Assembly (NCBI RefSeq): GCF_018350175.1
Contig: NC_058377.1
Span: 103,788,001 to 103,852,000, forward strand
From: Felis catus
Lineage: Eukaryota
Direction: 5' to 3'
DNA: 64,000 nt
Positions 1 to 13,112 of the stretch are shown piece after piece. Both the position numbers and the translations under genes were made by a program. The notes below the pieces were generated by a model. That model was not told the DNA's origin. It ran no database searches and saw only the letters and a list, made by a program, of their open reading frames with translations. Each line of letters starts with the position of its first letter. Position 1 is the stretch's first letter.

Positions 1-408
1 TGTGGTACAATGTGGTACAATGGAGTACTACGTGGCAATGAGAAAGAACGAAATATGGCCCTTTGTAGCAACGTGGATGGAACTGGAGAGTGTGATGCTA
101 AGTGAAATAAGCCATACAGAGAAAGACAGATACCGTATGTTTTCACTCTTATGTGGATCCTGAGAAACTCAACAGGAACCCATGGGGGAGGGGAAGGGAA
201 AAAAAAAAAAGAGAAAGGTTAGAGTGGGAGAGAGCCAAAGCATAAGAGACTCTTAAAAACTGAGAACAAACTGAGGATTGATGGGGGGGGGGGGGGGGGA
301 GGGAGGGTGGGTGATGGGTATTGAAGAGAGCATCTTTTGGGATGAGCACTGGGTGTTGTATGGAAACCAACTTGACAATAAATTTCATATATTAAGAAAA
401 AAAAAAAA
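1..408 (+). mobile_element. LINE-1 3' end (L1_Fc-like)
   Basis: ORF2 end (atggaactggagagtgtgatgctaagtgaaataag), G-rich 3' UTR, aataaa and A-rich tail. Confidence 0.9.
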
Positions 409-1089
409 GGTCACCATTCTATCCTGTCCTGACATTGCAAGTATAGTTTGGAATCTTCTAAGATGATTAGCCAGAAGAACCAGTGGAATTGTATTAATTC
501 AACAGAAAAGCCAATAGTAAGTAGCTTCAACATCAGTGTCCAGAGACTTGACTTGGCTGATCCCAGGCTCTCTGCTAGACATTTTCAGCCAATGCCTCAT
601 GGAACCATTAAATACCAAAACTAATTAGAACTGTCTTCCCTACACTTCTCTTTTCTTAAGAACTCACCTTTCTTAAGACAATTTTACAGAAAAGGAAAAG
701 GAAAATACAAGAAACATAATATCAGAGCTCAAATTAATGAGGAAAAACCTTCCACTTCAAGTTGTAAATATGTGTGAGGTTTTTTTTTTATATCAGAAGC
801 CATTTAAAGTCATTTTTTTAAGTGGATACAATAGAATATATTTTTAAAGTAAAATTACCAAAATCCAATTACTCTCAGGTAATGGTTGCTACTATTATAT
901 CTTTCCAGATTTCTTCTAGATATGTAGATTTTTTCCCCAAAATAACATTATATGATACATTCATTGTTTTGATCTGTCACTAAAAAGGAATATTACCTTG
1001 TCCATAAGTTAAATTCTACATTATAAATTTGAATGACTGTAATACTAGATTATTCTAGTGTATCATAACTTATTGAAACAATTTTATAT

Positions 1090-1316
1090 GGGGCACCTGG
1101 GTGGCTCAGTTGGTTTAACATCCGACTTTGGCTCAGGTCATGATCTCATGGTTCGTGAGTTTGAGCCCCACGTCAGGCTCTATGCGGATGGCTCAGAGCC
1201 TGGAGCCTACTTTGGATTCTGTGTCTCCCTCTCTTTCTGGCCTCCTCCACTCATGCTCTGTCTCTCTCTCTCTCTCAAAAATAAATACATATTTAAAAAA
1301 AGAAAAAGAAGAAAAG
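1090..1316 (+). mobile_element. Can-SINE (SINEC)
   Basis: ggggcacctgggtggctcag head, CT-rich body, A tail. Confidence 0.9.
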
Positions 1317-2535
1317 AATTTTATCAGATACTAACTTAAATTCTAATTTCTTCTAATTTCGTTTACTAGCAACTTTTTTTGTACTTACAATATTAAGCAC
1401 TTGGTTTATTAACTCTTTAGCACAAATTCCTAAAGTAGGATTTCTGCATGAAAGGATTTGCATATTTTAGGTTTTGACACATATTTCGAGAATGACCCCA
1501 GAAAGTTTGTCCTTATATACACTCCTACCAACCATACATGGAGTTGACCATCTTTTAAAATGTGGACTGATCAATTATATTTCTCTGTGAATTTAACCCA
1601 TTTTTGTTTTAAAGTATGTTTCTTATTGATTGACAAACACTCTTTATACATCAAAGATATTAAGCCGATTTTGTATCATGTTTTTTTACATATATTTCCC
1701 CAGGTTTTTAATTTATTTTTAGTTAACTTCTTTTTCATGCTTTTAAAACATAAAAGTTTCGTATTTTTCATCAAATCTAATCATACTTGGCAAAATGCTT
1801 ACAAAGTTCTCTATCCCCAAAATTATAAAAATATTTAGTTAAATTTCATTCTAATATTTTAATTATTTTTTGACATTTATATTACTAAGAGGACAAAGTC
1901 TTCAGTCTTCTTTTCCCATGAGAAGTCATAAAGTATCATTTATTTCAGTTCATAGCATCTACTTCTAAAAACAAATCAAACATTCGAACACAAAATTAGG
2001 CTGCTTCTTTACAAAACCTTAATCATCAGTTAAAACTAGAAAACTAACATATCACTTGACCTAGTGAGCTTGCTTCTGGACTTACAGATGCACACGAAAA
2101 TGTAATTAAAGAATGTTGAGAGCAGCATTATTTGAAAATAGTAATTAGGGCCCAACTAGGCAAACTGAAGAGGTTAATGTATGACTTCTGTGACCATGCA
2201 CCTCCTGTGTATTCTACAAGCCTGACTCCCAGTGCTACCTACCCACCCCTAATTTCCATATTCCTTTTCTGATCCCTGCCTCCTCAGACTGCTATGCTCG
2301 CCTGGCTAGCATACCCCCATTCCAGTCTAGCCCACGTGACCAATGCTTATTCTTGATCTGTCCAATTGTCATATTCCTATGAAAACCATTCTCTACCTTA
2401 GTAGCCAATGTATTTTCCCATTGCATTCTACAAAGGATTAAGGAGATCTTACAGACACAACAACAAAACACACATAATAAAATAAAATGTAAGTAAGAAA
2501 CTGTTAAGAAACTACACTTGAAAAAGTATGGAGTA

Positions 2536-2715
2536 GGGGCGACTGGGTGGCTCAATCTTGGTTAAGTGTCAAAATCTTGGTTTTGACAGGGGTCATAATC
2601 TTGCAGTGGGTGAGTTCGAGCCTCACACTGACAATGCAGAGCTTGCTTGGGATTCTCTCTCCCTCTCTGTCTGCCCCTCCCCTGCTCATGCTCTCGAAAG
2701 AAGGAAAGAAAGAAA

Positions 2716-2787
<72 letters not shown>
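2536..2787 (+). mobile_element. Can-SINE with (GAAA)n microsatellite tail
   Basis: SINE head, TSD atggagtagg, GAAA array about 2696-2787. Confidence 0.9.
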
Positions 2788-2789
<2 letters not shown>

Positions 2790-2813
2790 GGAGTAGGAAA
2801 TTAAGCCACATAT

Positions 2814-3036
2814 TTTTTTTTAAATAATGTTTATTTATTTCTGAAAGAGAGAGAGAAAAAGAGAGAGAGAGAGAGAAAGAGAACAAGTAGGGGAGAGACA
2901 GACACAGAATCCAAAGCAGGCTCCAGTCTCTGAGCTGATAGCACAGAGCCCAATGCGGGGCTTGAACTTGTGAACTGTGAGCTCGTGACCTGAGCCAAAG
3001 CCAGACGCCCAACCGACTGAACCACCCAGGTGCCCC
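2814..3036 (-). mobile_element. Can-SINE
   Basis: Antisense consensus, TSD ccacatat. Confidence 0.9.
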
Positions 3037-3989
3037 AAACCACATATATGTTTTTGAGTATATGATAGTCAAAGGAGGGGGAAATGGCCCAATACTTAGT
3101 CTTCATCATCTAAGAGGAAGAATCTCACTGGTTTCCCAGGGAGCTCTCCCTTACTCTTGGATCAAGGACAAATGTTTCCCTGGTTTCCCCTGCGGTCTCA
3201 AATCCGGGACACTGAGTAGATCCTGGCCTTAATATAATCCTAAAGTGGGCTCTTCTTTGTAGCCCACTTTGTATTTCTTGTTACAGGCAATAACATAATC
3301 CCAAACGCAGAATACCGTTCAAAAAGCATTCTGCTGTTTGTTCGGTGGCAGTAAAAAACACAGAGTGCCAGTTCTAGGCAATGTGTTGTTCCTGGATGCT
3401 GTCATACTTAGTATTCCTATTAGATCATACTAAAAGAAACTTTAAAGAAAAAATTCACTTTTCAACAGGAATTAAATGGTTCTAATAGTAAGAATACAAG
3501 GAATCTAGGAAAATCAACAGAGAAGTTTATTTAAGAGGATTTCTATAGGCCCCAAACATTCAGGTTAAAACATAAAAATCACCCAAGTATAACAGAATTG
3601 GAAAAAGAAACATCAAGAAATATGTTGTTTGCAGAAATATGTTGTTTGATGTTTATTATACTTTTATTTCAAGGAAAGTGCTTGGTTCTTTTTTCATCTA
3701 GTGTATTCTCTTCTTTCTTAGCCTATTTCCTTCAGATACAATTTCATTGCAGCGAATACCTAGACTATTTTCTATTGTTGAACCATATTTCAGTCATCCC
3801 AACTACTTGAATTTTTAAATTTTATGTGGGATATGAAAGTCCTTGGACATACAAATATTCTTATTGAAAAGAATTTTGTCCTCAGATGGTCAAATATCTG
3901 ATTTGACAAAAAAATCAAATAAACCTATTTTGCTATCATACAGAAATAGTAGAAAATCCCTGAAATTGGAGTCATCAACCCTGGTTAAA

Positions 3990-4260
3990 AGTCTCTATCT
4001 TTCTATGAGTTTGACTATTTTAGAATCCACATGTAAGTGAGATCATGCAGTATTTGTCTTTTTGTGTCTGGCTTATTTCACTTAGCATAACATGCTCTAC
4101 TCACAGAAACAGAGAATAGAAAGATGGTAATGGGGGAGGGGGAGGGAGGTAGGGAAGATGGGACTTAAAAATACTTTATTGTATACTTGAAATGTGTTAA
4201 CAGGGGTAGATCTTACATGTTTTCATGACAACAAAAAACAAAAAAGAATATTTAAAAAAA
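3990..4260. mobile_element. Old L1MA-type 3' end with inverted 5' part
   Basis: About 3990-4095 is antisense L1 3' sequence; about 4096-4260 is the adjacent sense sequence with an A-rich end. Confidence 0.65.
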
Positions 4261-4534
4261 ATTCTCCATCTTTTACCAAGTCAGACTGATTCTCAAAAAA
4301 TAAGCAATCTTCTCTGCTCACCCCTGAAGTGAGGAGTTTTGGGTTAAGTCACCTCTGCAGCTTTAATGATCAGTTTGTTGGTGATACCTGCATGTGCTCT
4401 GAACAATGATTGCAGCTCTTCACGCTATCAAGAGCCCCTGGACCTGGTGTCCAAGTGTCCAAGTGTCTCCGAGTGCAGGGGTATAGTACTTAAGAGGGCC
4501 TGATTCTTCTTTTCCTTTAAAGGAGGAGGTGAGG

Positions 4535-4760
4535 GGGGCGCCTGGGTGACTCAGTCGGTTAAGTGTCCGACTTCGGCTCAGGTCATGATCTCGCTGTCCA
4601 TGAGTTCGAGCTCCGTGTCGTGCCCAGTGCTGACAACTCAGAGCCTGGAGCCTGTTTTGGATTCTGTGTCTCCCTCTCTCTCTGACCCTCCCCTGTTCAT
4701 GCTCTGTCTCTCTCTGTCTCAAAAGTAAAAAAACGCTAAAAAAAAATTAATTAAAAAAAT
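4535..4760 (+). mobile_element. Can-SINE
   Basis: Consensus match, TSD aaggaggaggtgagg. Confidence 0.92.
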
Positions 4761-4914
4761 TAAGGAGGAGGTGAGGATTAAGTAGTCAGGCCATTTAATT
4801 AACTGCTTAAGCCTTATCTCCCCACTATAATTCTGATAAGCCAAAGTAAGTGCCAGAATCTCTGATCTGGCAGAATGTTTCAGGGGGAACCTCTGCAGTC
4901 TATTAAACAAAAAT

Positions 4915-5049
4915 NNNNNNNNNNNNNNNNNNNNNNNNNNNNNNNNNNNNNNNNNNNNNNNNNNNNNNNNNNNNNNNNNNNNNNNNNNNNNNNNNNNNNN
5001 NNNNNNNNNNNNNNNNNNNNNNNNNNNNNNNNNNNNNNNNNNNNNNNNN
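4915..5049. other. Assembly gap
   Basis: Run of N. Confidence 1.
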
Positions 5050-5380
5050 AATAAAGGAGAGAAATTAAGCTCAACTCCAAATACAACAAGGACAGTGGGG
5101 ATTTATAGCCCAGGAGCAGAGCAAGTGGGTCAGTAGGTGGAAAATTACTAAAAGGACACATGAAAGACAAAGGGATTCTTGCTAAACTGGCTTAACAGGA
5201 CTCTTGCAAAGACAAGCCAAAGACTTAGTTACAAGGAGTTATATATCAAAGATCAGGGATGAGACATTTGATCAGATACCAAAGGTAGGGTCTTCTTGCT
5301 AAACTGATTTAGCAGGATTCTCAGCAAGGAAAGAATAGAAGGCCAAGGTCAAGGTGCCCAATTAACATTGGCCTTTGTCA
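5050..5380 (-). mobile_element. ERV-type LTR fragment, family uncertain
   Basis: Repeated ggattcttgctaaactg-like motifs; resembles 31430-31950. Confidence 0.45.
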
Positions 5381-5924
5381 AGTCAGAAAAACTACTTGCA
5401 CCTGAATCCTTGACTTGCCACTCACTAACTTTGCAATTGTGCAAATGTGGGCAAGTCATTAACTGCTCTAAACTTCAGCTTCCCTTATATAACATGGAGA
5501 TGATCATCACCACTCTCTAGACCCCACACAAACATCATAAGAATAAAAATCAAGATATTTCAGGTGAAAGACTTTGGTAAGGAGTAAAGTTCTGCATACA
5601 TACTTTTGCAGGACAGAAGGCAAGACATAGTCAAATGACCATAGTCCTGCCATCTTCCTCTTTCAGAGGGAAGGCATCAGAGTGTGATGGCTCTTGCTGT
5701 CCGCTCAGGGTATTTCCAATAGGAAAGAAGAATCATCAGGATAAAGAATTTCCAGGCCATAAGAGGGGAGACCCTAGCCCAGTTTTTCTGAGTAGTCATG
5801 ATCTGGATGCTCGAGATAGCCTTAAGACAATATAGGATAAATGATGCTGTCCCTTCACGACACCATACTCCTAACCCTAATGTGCCTTCTCCCAAGATAG
5901 ACATGGAGGAGGGTGGTCCCAACC

Positions 5925-6869
5925 ATGGGCCAGAGCAACCACACCAATGTGAAGGAATTTGTCTTCCTAGAACTCACTCACTTCCAGGAGCTGGAATGTT
6001 TCTTGTTTGTGGCTTTCCTTGCTGTATATGTAACCACCGTGCTGGGCAATGCCGTCATTGTGCTGACCATCACCTGTGAGTCCCACCTTCACACTCCCAT
6101 GTACTTTCTGCTGCGGAACAAATCGGTCCTGGACATTGTTTTTTCATCTGTCACTGTTCCCAAGTTCCTGGTGGATCTGTTATCAGAGAGGAAAACCATC
6201 TCCTACAATGGCTGCATGGCACAGATCTTCTTCTTCCATTTTGCTGGTGGGGCAGATATTTTCTTCCTCTCCGTGATGGCCTATGACAGATACCTTGCAA
6301 TCACCAAACCCCTGCATTATGTGACCATTATGAAGAGAGAGGTGTGGGTGGGCTTGGTGGTGGCTTCCTGGGTGGGCGGTGGTTTGCACTCAATTGTCCA
6401 GATAATTCTGATGCTTCCACTCTCCTTCTGTGGCCCCAACATCCTGGATGCCTTCTACTGTGATGTGCCCCAAGTAGTTAAGCTGGCTTGCACTGATACC
6501 TTTGCTCTGGAACTTCTCATGATCTCTAACAATGGGTTGGTGACCCTGCTATGGTTCCTCTTGCTCCTGGGATCCTACACCGTTATTCTGGTGATGCTGA
6601 GATCTCACTCTGGGGCAGGACGGAACAAGGCCCTGTCCACCTGCACCTCCCATATCCTCGTGGTGACTCTGCACTTTGTGCCTTGTGTCTACATCTACTG
6701 CCGGCCCTTCACTACACTGCCCATGGACACAGCTGTGTCCATCAATAACACGGTCATTACGCCCATGCTGAACCCCATGATTTATACCCTGAGGAACCAG
6801 GAGATGAAGTCTGCCATGAAAAGACTACACAGAAGGCTTGGACCTTCTGAGAGCAGTAAGCTGGGGTGA
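5925..6869 (+). CDS. OR4D6: Olfactory receptor 4D6 ortholog, 314 aa, intact
   Basis: ATG at 5925 (accATGg; the ORF track begins at an upstream GTG). OR motifs [36 protein letters not shown] and N-glycosylation site NHT. The unusual RNKSVLDI and SINNTVITP segments match human OR4D6 as I recall it. Confidence 0.92.
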   Translation: MGQSNHTNVKEFVFLELTHFQELECFLFVAFLAVYVTTVLGNAVIVLTITCESHLHTPMYFLLRNKSVLDIVFSSVTVPKFLVDLLSERKTISYNGCMAQIFFFHFAGGADIFFLSVMAYDRYLAITKPLHYVTIMKREVWVGLVVASWVGGGLHSIVQIILMLPLSFCGPNILDAFYCDVPQVVKLACTDTFALELLMISNNGLVTLLWFLLLLGSYTVILVMLRSHSGAGRNKALSTCTSHILVVTLHFVPCVYIYCRPFTTLPMDTAVSINNTVITPMLNPMIYTLRNQEMKSAMKRLHRRLGPSESSKLG

Positions 6870-7598
6870 GCACTCACACTGAGACCGGAAATTTATGCTC
6901 TGCTTTCCTCAAACTGCTGTCCTGGGGCAACAGACTGGTAGCTCGTTTGCCAGTCATTTCTGAATATCCTCATAGCCATTCAACTCTCTTCCAGGAAGGA
7001 TGAGATGAGGCTGAACATGAGCTATTGGGCTTGTGACCTTGGGAGAAGTAGGGGATATAAGGTGAAAATCAATAACCTGATGCTATTTTGGTATAACCTG
7101 TGATTCTCGATGCTAACATATTTTCCTTACTTTTACCACTTAAAATATGGAAATGACACTGTCTGTTCACAGGGTTGCCATGAGAATGAAGAATAATAAA
7201 TGCTAAGAGGATGGTCATTAGCACTGCTCATGGCGTTAATCAGGCACAGAATCCAGGTTCCCTATTGTCTAGCCCTCTAATCCTAAATATGCATATATGG
7301 AAATTATGGATGTGTTTATTTCATGCGTGCTCTCTCTGGTGGCTCTGTATTTCCAGTTAATTACTAAAATCATTCCTTGATTTAATATTTTGAGTGCAGA
7401 ATCTTCAATATATTTTACCTACTAGTGAAAAGAGAAGAAATATTTTAAGTCATGTTTAGTCAGATATATACATGGACAAATCTACGCTTGGACCAAGAAT
7501 CTCCTGTTCTCAGGTCCATTCTACTAATTTGCCCACTGAAATTAACCTTAAAAGTGCTTGTATGGTTTGGGAATATATCTGCACAAAAGCCACAATGG

Positions 7599-7629
<31 letters not shown>

Positions 7630-7825
7630 TTATGTTTGTTTTTGAGAGAAAGAGAGAGAGAGAATGCACAGGCAGGGCTGGGACAGAGAGAGAGGGGACA
7701 GAGGATCCAAAGCAGACTCTGTGTGATGAGCAGAGAGCCTGAGGTGAGGTTTAAACTCATGAACGGCAAGATCATGACCTGAACCAAAGTCGGACACTCA
7801 ACCTATTGAGCCGCCCAGGTGCCCC
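7599..7825 (-). mobile_element. Can-SINE
   Basis: Antisense consensus with (TTTA)n tail. Confidence 0.88.
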
Positions 7826-8439
7826 GGTAATTTAATTTATGTTAACCCAAACTTTCTTTTTCCCTCTCTTCTCTCCCCATCTCACCTTCAGAGATTTTAT
7901 AGCTGGAGCAACACTACGGGTTTTGTCTACGTATGCACGGCAAGCAAGACAAGTCGCTTAGAACAGCAACAACAAAAATACCTAAGAAATACCTTTTCAC
8001 ACATTCAGGACCTGTTTTGTGTCCCAGGAGAGGAAAGAAATATATCGCATGCAGGGTCACTTAGGAACAGCCATTGGGTCTGTGTTGTGCTCCACCTCTC
8101 TCCTAAGAAAAGGATTCCCAGGAAATAAATATGTAGGAAGACAATAAATGTCCCTTCATCCCCTTTGCTCACCTCAAATGCCACCCTTCAGCCTACAGGA
8201 GTCATTCAAAAATTGGACAATTAGTAAAGAAACCCAGGAAATTACAAACTACAAGGACAATTTTTTGCAAATTGTTATAATGCATTAGTATTTGGCTAAA
8301 AAGTTCCTCGTAGGTGGTATATACCTGTGATCTTCTCTGAGTCCTACAAAACAGAGATAGTAGGCCAAGACTTTTAATCATATGGCAGCACTTCTCAAAT
8401 TTTTCCAAATCATTATGCCCCAAGGAAGTTTATTAGATA

Positions 8440-8648
8440 TTTTCTTTTTTTTAAGTTTATTTATTTATTTTGAGAGAGAGAGTACAAGCAGGGGAGGGGC
8501 AGGGAAAGAGGGAGAGAGAGAAACCCAAGCAGGCTGCATGCTGTCAGTGCAGAGCCCAGTGCAGGACTCAATCTCATGACTGTGAGATCATGACCTGAGC
8601 AGAAATCAAGAGCCGGACAATTAACCACCTAAGCCACCCAGGTGTCCC
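8440..8648 (-). mobile_element. Can-SINE
   Basis: Antisense consensus, TSD agatatttt. Confidence 0.88.
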
Positions 8649-8957
8649 AGATATTTTTCCTAATTGTTCTCCCACGAGAAAATTTAATACCAAAGATAGA
8701 CTGTGTATCCTTTAATGTACTGAGGCTCTTTGAAGGCCACACATCATTGTAATATCTAAGATTTTTGTCGTCCTTAAAAACCAATTTTTGTCCCCTTCGG
8801 CATGCTGCTCACATTGAGAATGAATGATCATATGGGATTAGATGTTTCTATTAATATGTTTCCCTAAAACCCAGAGAATCAGAACAGATAGATTTATGTC
8901 TTCTGAGGTTTTACAAGAATGTAGAAAGCAAAGAAACATGAGCATCTGTATATGTGC

Positions 8958-8980
8958 GTGTGTGTGTGTGTGTGTGTGTG
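8958..8980. repeat. (TG)n microsatellite
   Basis: Read directly. Confidence 0.95.
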
Positions 8981-9989
8981 GACTTGTATGCAATAATGAC
9001 TTGGAAACTTTAATAATTCCCGCTGGAACTCCAAAATGATCAAAGAGGGTCCATTCTCCTTCCACACTCACATCCAGTAAATTCCCTTCGCTAATTCTCA
9101 TGTTAGGCTTGGGCCTGAGGGACCAGTATACACAGCAGGGACACTTTGGGACAGGCAGAAGAGCCAAGATGACATGATCCCTGAGTCTGCCCTTTCCAAT
9201 GTGAAGGTGGAAGAGAAGACCTTGAAGTCTAATGTAACCAATCGTGAGAAGGACTTGACGTTCTAACACGAAGGTTCCCTGGCATCATACACACTGGCAC
9301 CCCACTGGGTCTCAGATGGCGTGAATTCCTGGTTGGATACCAAAGGTTTAGGTAAGGACATGGAACAGTGTGAGACACTATGGGTTATGCATGAACAAGA
9401 TGAGCATGAAAAATGTGCCCAGTGTACCAGACACTATAAAAAAGGATCAAAACTTTAGTGAGAGAAAATGGAAGTGGATGTTAAATGCTGGGAAAGGAGG
9501 GATATCTTTCTAGGGAGAAAGGGCCCCCGACACGGGGTCGGCAGCTTGTATTTGGTGAAACAACTGAGATGCATTTGGAGAGATTTTGTTGCAGCTTAGG
9601 GTCTGTCCATGGGGATCGCAGAGTGTTTTTACACAAGATGGGTACTTCCTTAAAAAAACAAACAAACAAAAAAAGACTTTAAAATGCCCCAAATTCCCTT
9701 AAAAGCTGTAGAGGTTTCAAAGGCAGTTCCATATCCACACACGGCCCATGACTCACTGGGTCTCTTTGGCCTTTGATCCAGAGCCAGCTTTATTCCCAAA
9801 CCTGATGACCTAGCACATGAACGCTCCAGTCCACTTGGGTAACCCACACAAGTTCACCGAAACACAAACAAGCAAGTGATTTCAAAGAGAAGCTGTTCTT
9901 CTGTTGAATAACATTTTATATTCTGCAAAAGTCTTCTTAAATAACTCTTCAGGGAAAACAGGGATGATCCTGTTTTCAGGGGGAAAGGA

Positions 9990-10270
9990 AAGGAATCAAG
10001 TTAACTGAATGCCTACTATGTGCCGGGTACTTTACAGACATGAACGTAGTTGCTCCTTATGCTACCCAATGAAGTAAGTATTATGCTTCCAAGTTTACAG
10101 AGGAGGAAAGTAGAGGACTTGCTCCAAGTAACAAAGAAGCAAGAGGCAGAATTCCAGCCCAGGTATGCCCTACTCCAAAGCCCTTAATATTGTTCCACAC
10201 CAATAACACTGTTTTACAACTGAGGATCTGAGGCACAGAGAGGAGTGACTTTTTCAAGGTCACAAAGCTA
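9990..10270. mobile_element. MIR-like remnants
   Basis: gcctactatgtgccggg, tttacagaggaggaaa, tgaggcacagagagg. Confidence 0.5.
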
Positions 10271-10852
10271 TTTTATAGCCTGGAAAATGCATCTCTCTCT
10301 GGCATCCCTGAGGTCAAGTCAAGGACATTAACAAAAGAATTTCTTAGCCTGTGTTTGTCAAGATCTTTCTCACTCACCCAACACTCCAGTGCCAATGCTT
10401 ATAAGGCATGATGTGCACTTATCAACTACATTTGTTCATTAATCTAAAAAGCATTTAGTGGCACCTAATATATGCTCCAGACTAGGTAAAGCTTTGATGA
10501 TCTCAGGATGAATAGAACCCTGAGCAGGCAGGATGAACTTGAGGGGTAATGGGGAAATTATATTGAACAAAGGAGAGACAGATTTGTAAGAAATTAGATG
10601 GAATAATCTGTTACAAGCGCCAGAAGAGAAGTCAATGCAGGGAATGATGAGTCACAAAGGGGTGTCAGGAAAGTTTTCACAGAAAAGGAGACTCTGAACC
10701 TGAGTATTGAAAGATCAGTGTTTGTGAAGGTGGAAAAATAGGAGATTCTGGAAATGGGGGTTGGGGAGGGCATGATGGATAGAGGGAACAATGGGAACAC
10801 AGATCCAAAGGCATGAGCCAGCAATAATTTGCATAACATTTAAACACCCTGA

Positions 10853-11020
10853 GGGGCACCTCGGTGGCTCAGTCCCGGTTAAGTGTTTGACTCTTGATTT
10901 TGGCTCAGGCCTCCCGGTTCATGATTTCGAGCCCCATGGTGGGCTCCACACTGACTGTGGAGCCTGCCTGGGATTCTCTCTCTCTCCCTGCACCTCTCTC
11001 AAAATAAACAGAATAAACTG
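10853..11020 (+). mobile_element. Can-SINE
   Basis: Consensus match, TSD atttaaacaccc. Confidence 0.85.
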
Positions 11021-12645
11021 TAAACAATTTAAACACCCAAACCAGACAATCAAAGGAAACAAGACACCAGATATCAAGAGGAGTTTAATCTTTATTGTGT
11101 AGGCAATAGGGAACCATTGAAGATTTTCAAACAAAGGACTATGTATGGTGCCATTTGTGACTTATAATTACATTTCTGGAAAAGACAGACAGGATGAATT
11201 AGACAAAACTACACTGAAGGAAAGGACACCAGTTAGGAAACTTGCAACCATCTAAGGAGAAATGACAAGGGGTTAACTGAAGACCAAGAAAAGGGGGCAA
11301 AATGAGACAGGTAAGGAAAGTAAAATCCTCAGAACTTTTACACAGTGCCCAGGTTCCTTGCAATGTGAGTGGCTCAGTATAAGCCTTCTGGATAAAACGT
11401 GCTACCCACCAGTACCTGCTGCAGAGATGACTGTGCCCACAGAGACAGAATAAACAGGACACAAGGCAAGTAGTGATATTCTCCAGAGCAAATGAGATGC
11501 AATGTGTGTTTGGGGTGTATTCAGCCACATGATTTCTCAAGGCTCTCAGAACTTGTTTCTACGCAGACCAAGAGCAATGCTTCCCAGGTGGGCATGATCT
11601 GGGGACCACCTAGATGTTCGTGCCAGATGGCTCAGACAGATGTATAGGCTGAGGAGGGCTTTTTTCCTCTAACTCTGAGTTAATTTTGTCACCACTGCCA
11701 CCATCATGAAACTTCTCAGAAATTATCAAAATGGCATGGGTGGAATATGTATTTTGCTGAGAGCCAAAGTCTGGCTTCACTGCTAGCTTTCTCTACATCC
11801 TTCTGTGTGTCTCTTAAGCCTCCCTGGAACTTTTTTTTTTTTCAAATTTGACACTCAAGCAATAAAAGGTTGCTTGCTCCTGAATCCCAAGGGCTAAATA
11901 GAATGAATTGGAAATCCTCTAAATTGGATTTGCCACTCCCTTCCCAAACAGGATGCTTTAGTAAGAGAACATATGGCCTCCGCAGAGGGGGCACTACCAT
12001 TGTTCCCTTGGCTGTCGATCTGTACTCCATCCGGCAGTGGAAAGCCTAAGCTTATCAGAAACTGCTCTGGGTTGTATAGGAAGGGCTCACCTGTATTGCC
12101 TACAACCCCGTGGTAACCTTGCGCTTCATGCCCTCTATGTATGCATGCCTGGACCGTGCTGTCATCTTCGTGAGCAGAACCATCTCGAGTATCATCCTGG
12201 TCCTCTTCTTTGTGTTAAACCCTAATGTCTGCATATCTATGAAATGAAATTTTTTAAAAAATAAATAAATGAAAAGAAGACTTGTCATTTCTGAAACATA
12301 ATAGAAGGGCAATGGTCTACAATTCCTTGGTCATGGAAAGAGGAAATGGAGGGGCTAATGAGACCCACCATTGAAAGGACCAGAAAATTGTGTAAAGAGT
12401 CCCTTATGCAAATTATTCTTGGATTTTATATAGCCTGAAGCTGGCAGGCAGCACGGAAGAGTAGAAAGATCCTAGAACCAAGAGACAGAAGAGACTTGTT
12501 ACTACTTTTCCTGTGCCGCTGATTTTCTATATGACCGTGAAAAATTGGCTTAATGCTTATTGAGTTCAGTTTCAGTATTAATTGACATGGGAATGCTAAC
12601 ACTTTTCCCCCTAACTTCAGAGCGATATTAGAAATATTGATTGTA

Positions 12646-12816
12646 GGTGTGCCTGGGTGGCTGAGTCGGTTAAGCGTCCTACTTTGGCTCAGGTCATGAT
12701 CTTGCAGTTCATGAGTTCAAGGCCCTGTCGGCCTCTGTGCTGATAGCACAGAGCCTGGTGCCTGCTTCAGACTCTGCGTCTCCCTCTCTCTCTGCCCCTC
12801 CCCCTCTCGCACTCTG

Positions 12817-12853
<37 letters not shown>

Positions 12854-13112
12854 AATAAACTTTGAGGGGCGCCTGGGCAGCTCAGTCGGTTAAGCGTCCG
12901 ACTTCGGCTCAGATCATGATCTCGAGGTTTATGAGTTCAAGCCCCGCGTCGGGCTCTGTGCTGACAGCTCAGAGCCTGGAGCCTGCTTCAGATTCCGTGT
13001 CTCGCTCTCTCTCTGCCCCTCCCCTGCTCATTCTCTGTGTCTCTCTGTCTCAAAAATAAATAAAACATTTAAAAATTTTAAAAAAATAAGTAAAAAATAA
13101 ACTTTGAAAAAA
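12646..13112 (+). mobile_element. Two nested Can-SINEs (second, from 12866, in the tail of the first)
   Basis: Inner TSD aactttga, outer TSD attgattgt. Confidence 0.9.

Noticed and set aside
283-318. G-quadruplex-like G runs (also 57066-57097)
   Set aside because: The first is the ordinary L1 3' UTR G tract; the second has no supporting context.
731-745. taatgag homeodomain sites (also near 12357, 13408, 39385, 54043) as a Greek-island OR enhancer
   Set aside because: I saw no adjacent EBF site forming the composite motif, and the heptamer is common in AT-rich DNA.
11974-11996. CTCF-like motif ccgcagagggggcacta
   Set aside because: The 3' half fits but the 5' half of the core mismatches; cannot be supported without a PWM score or ChIP data.
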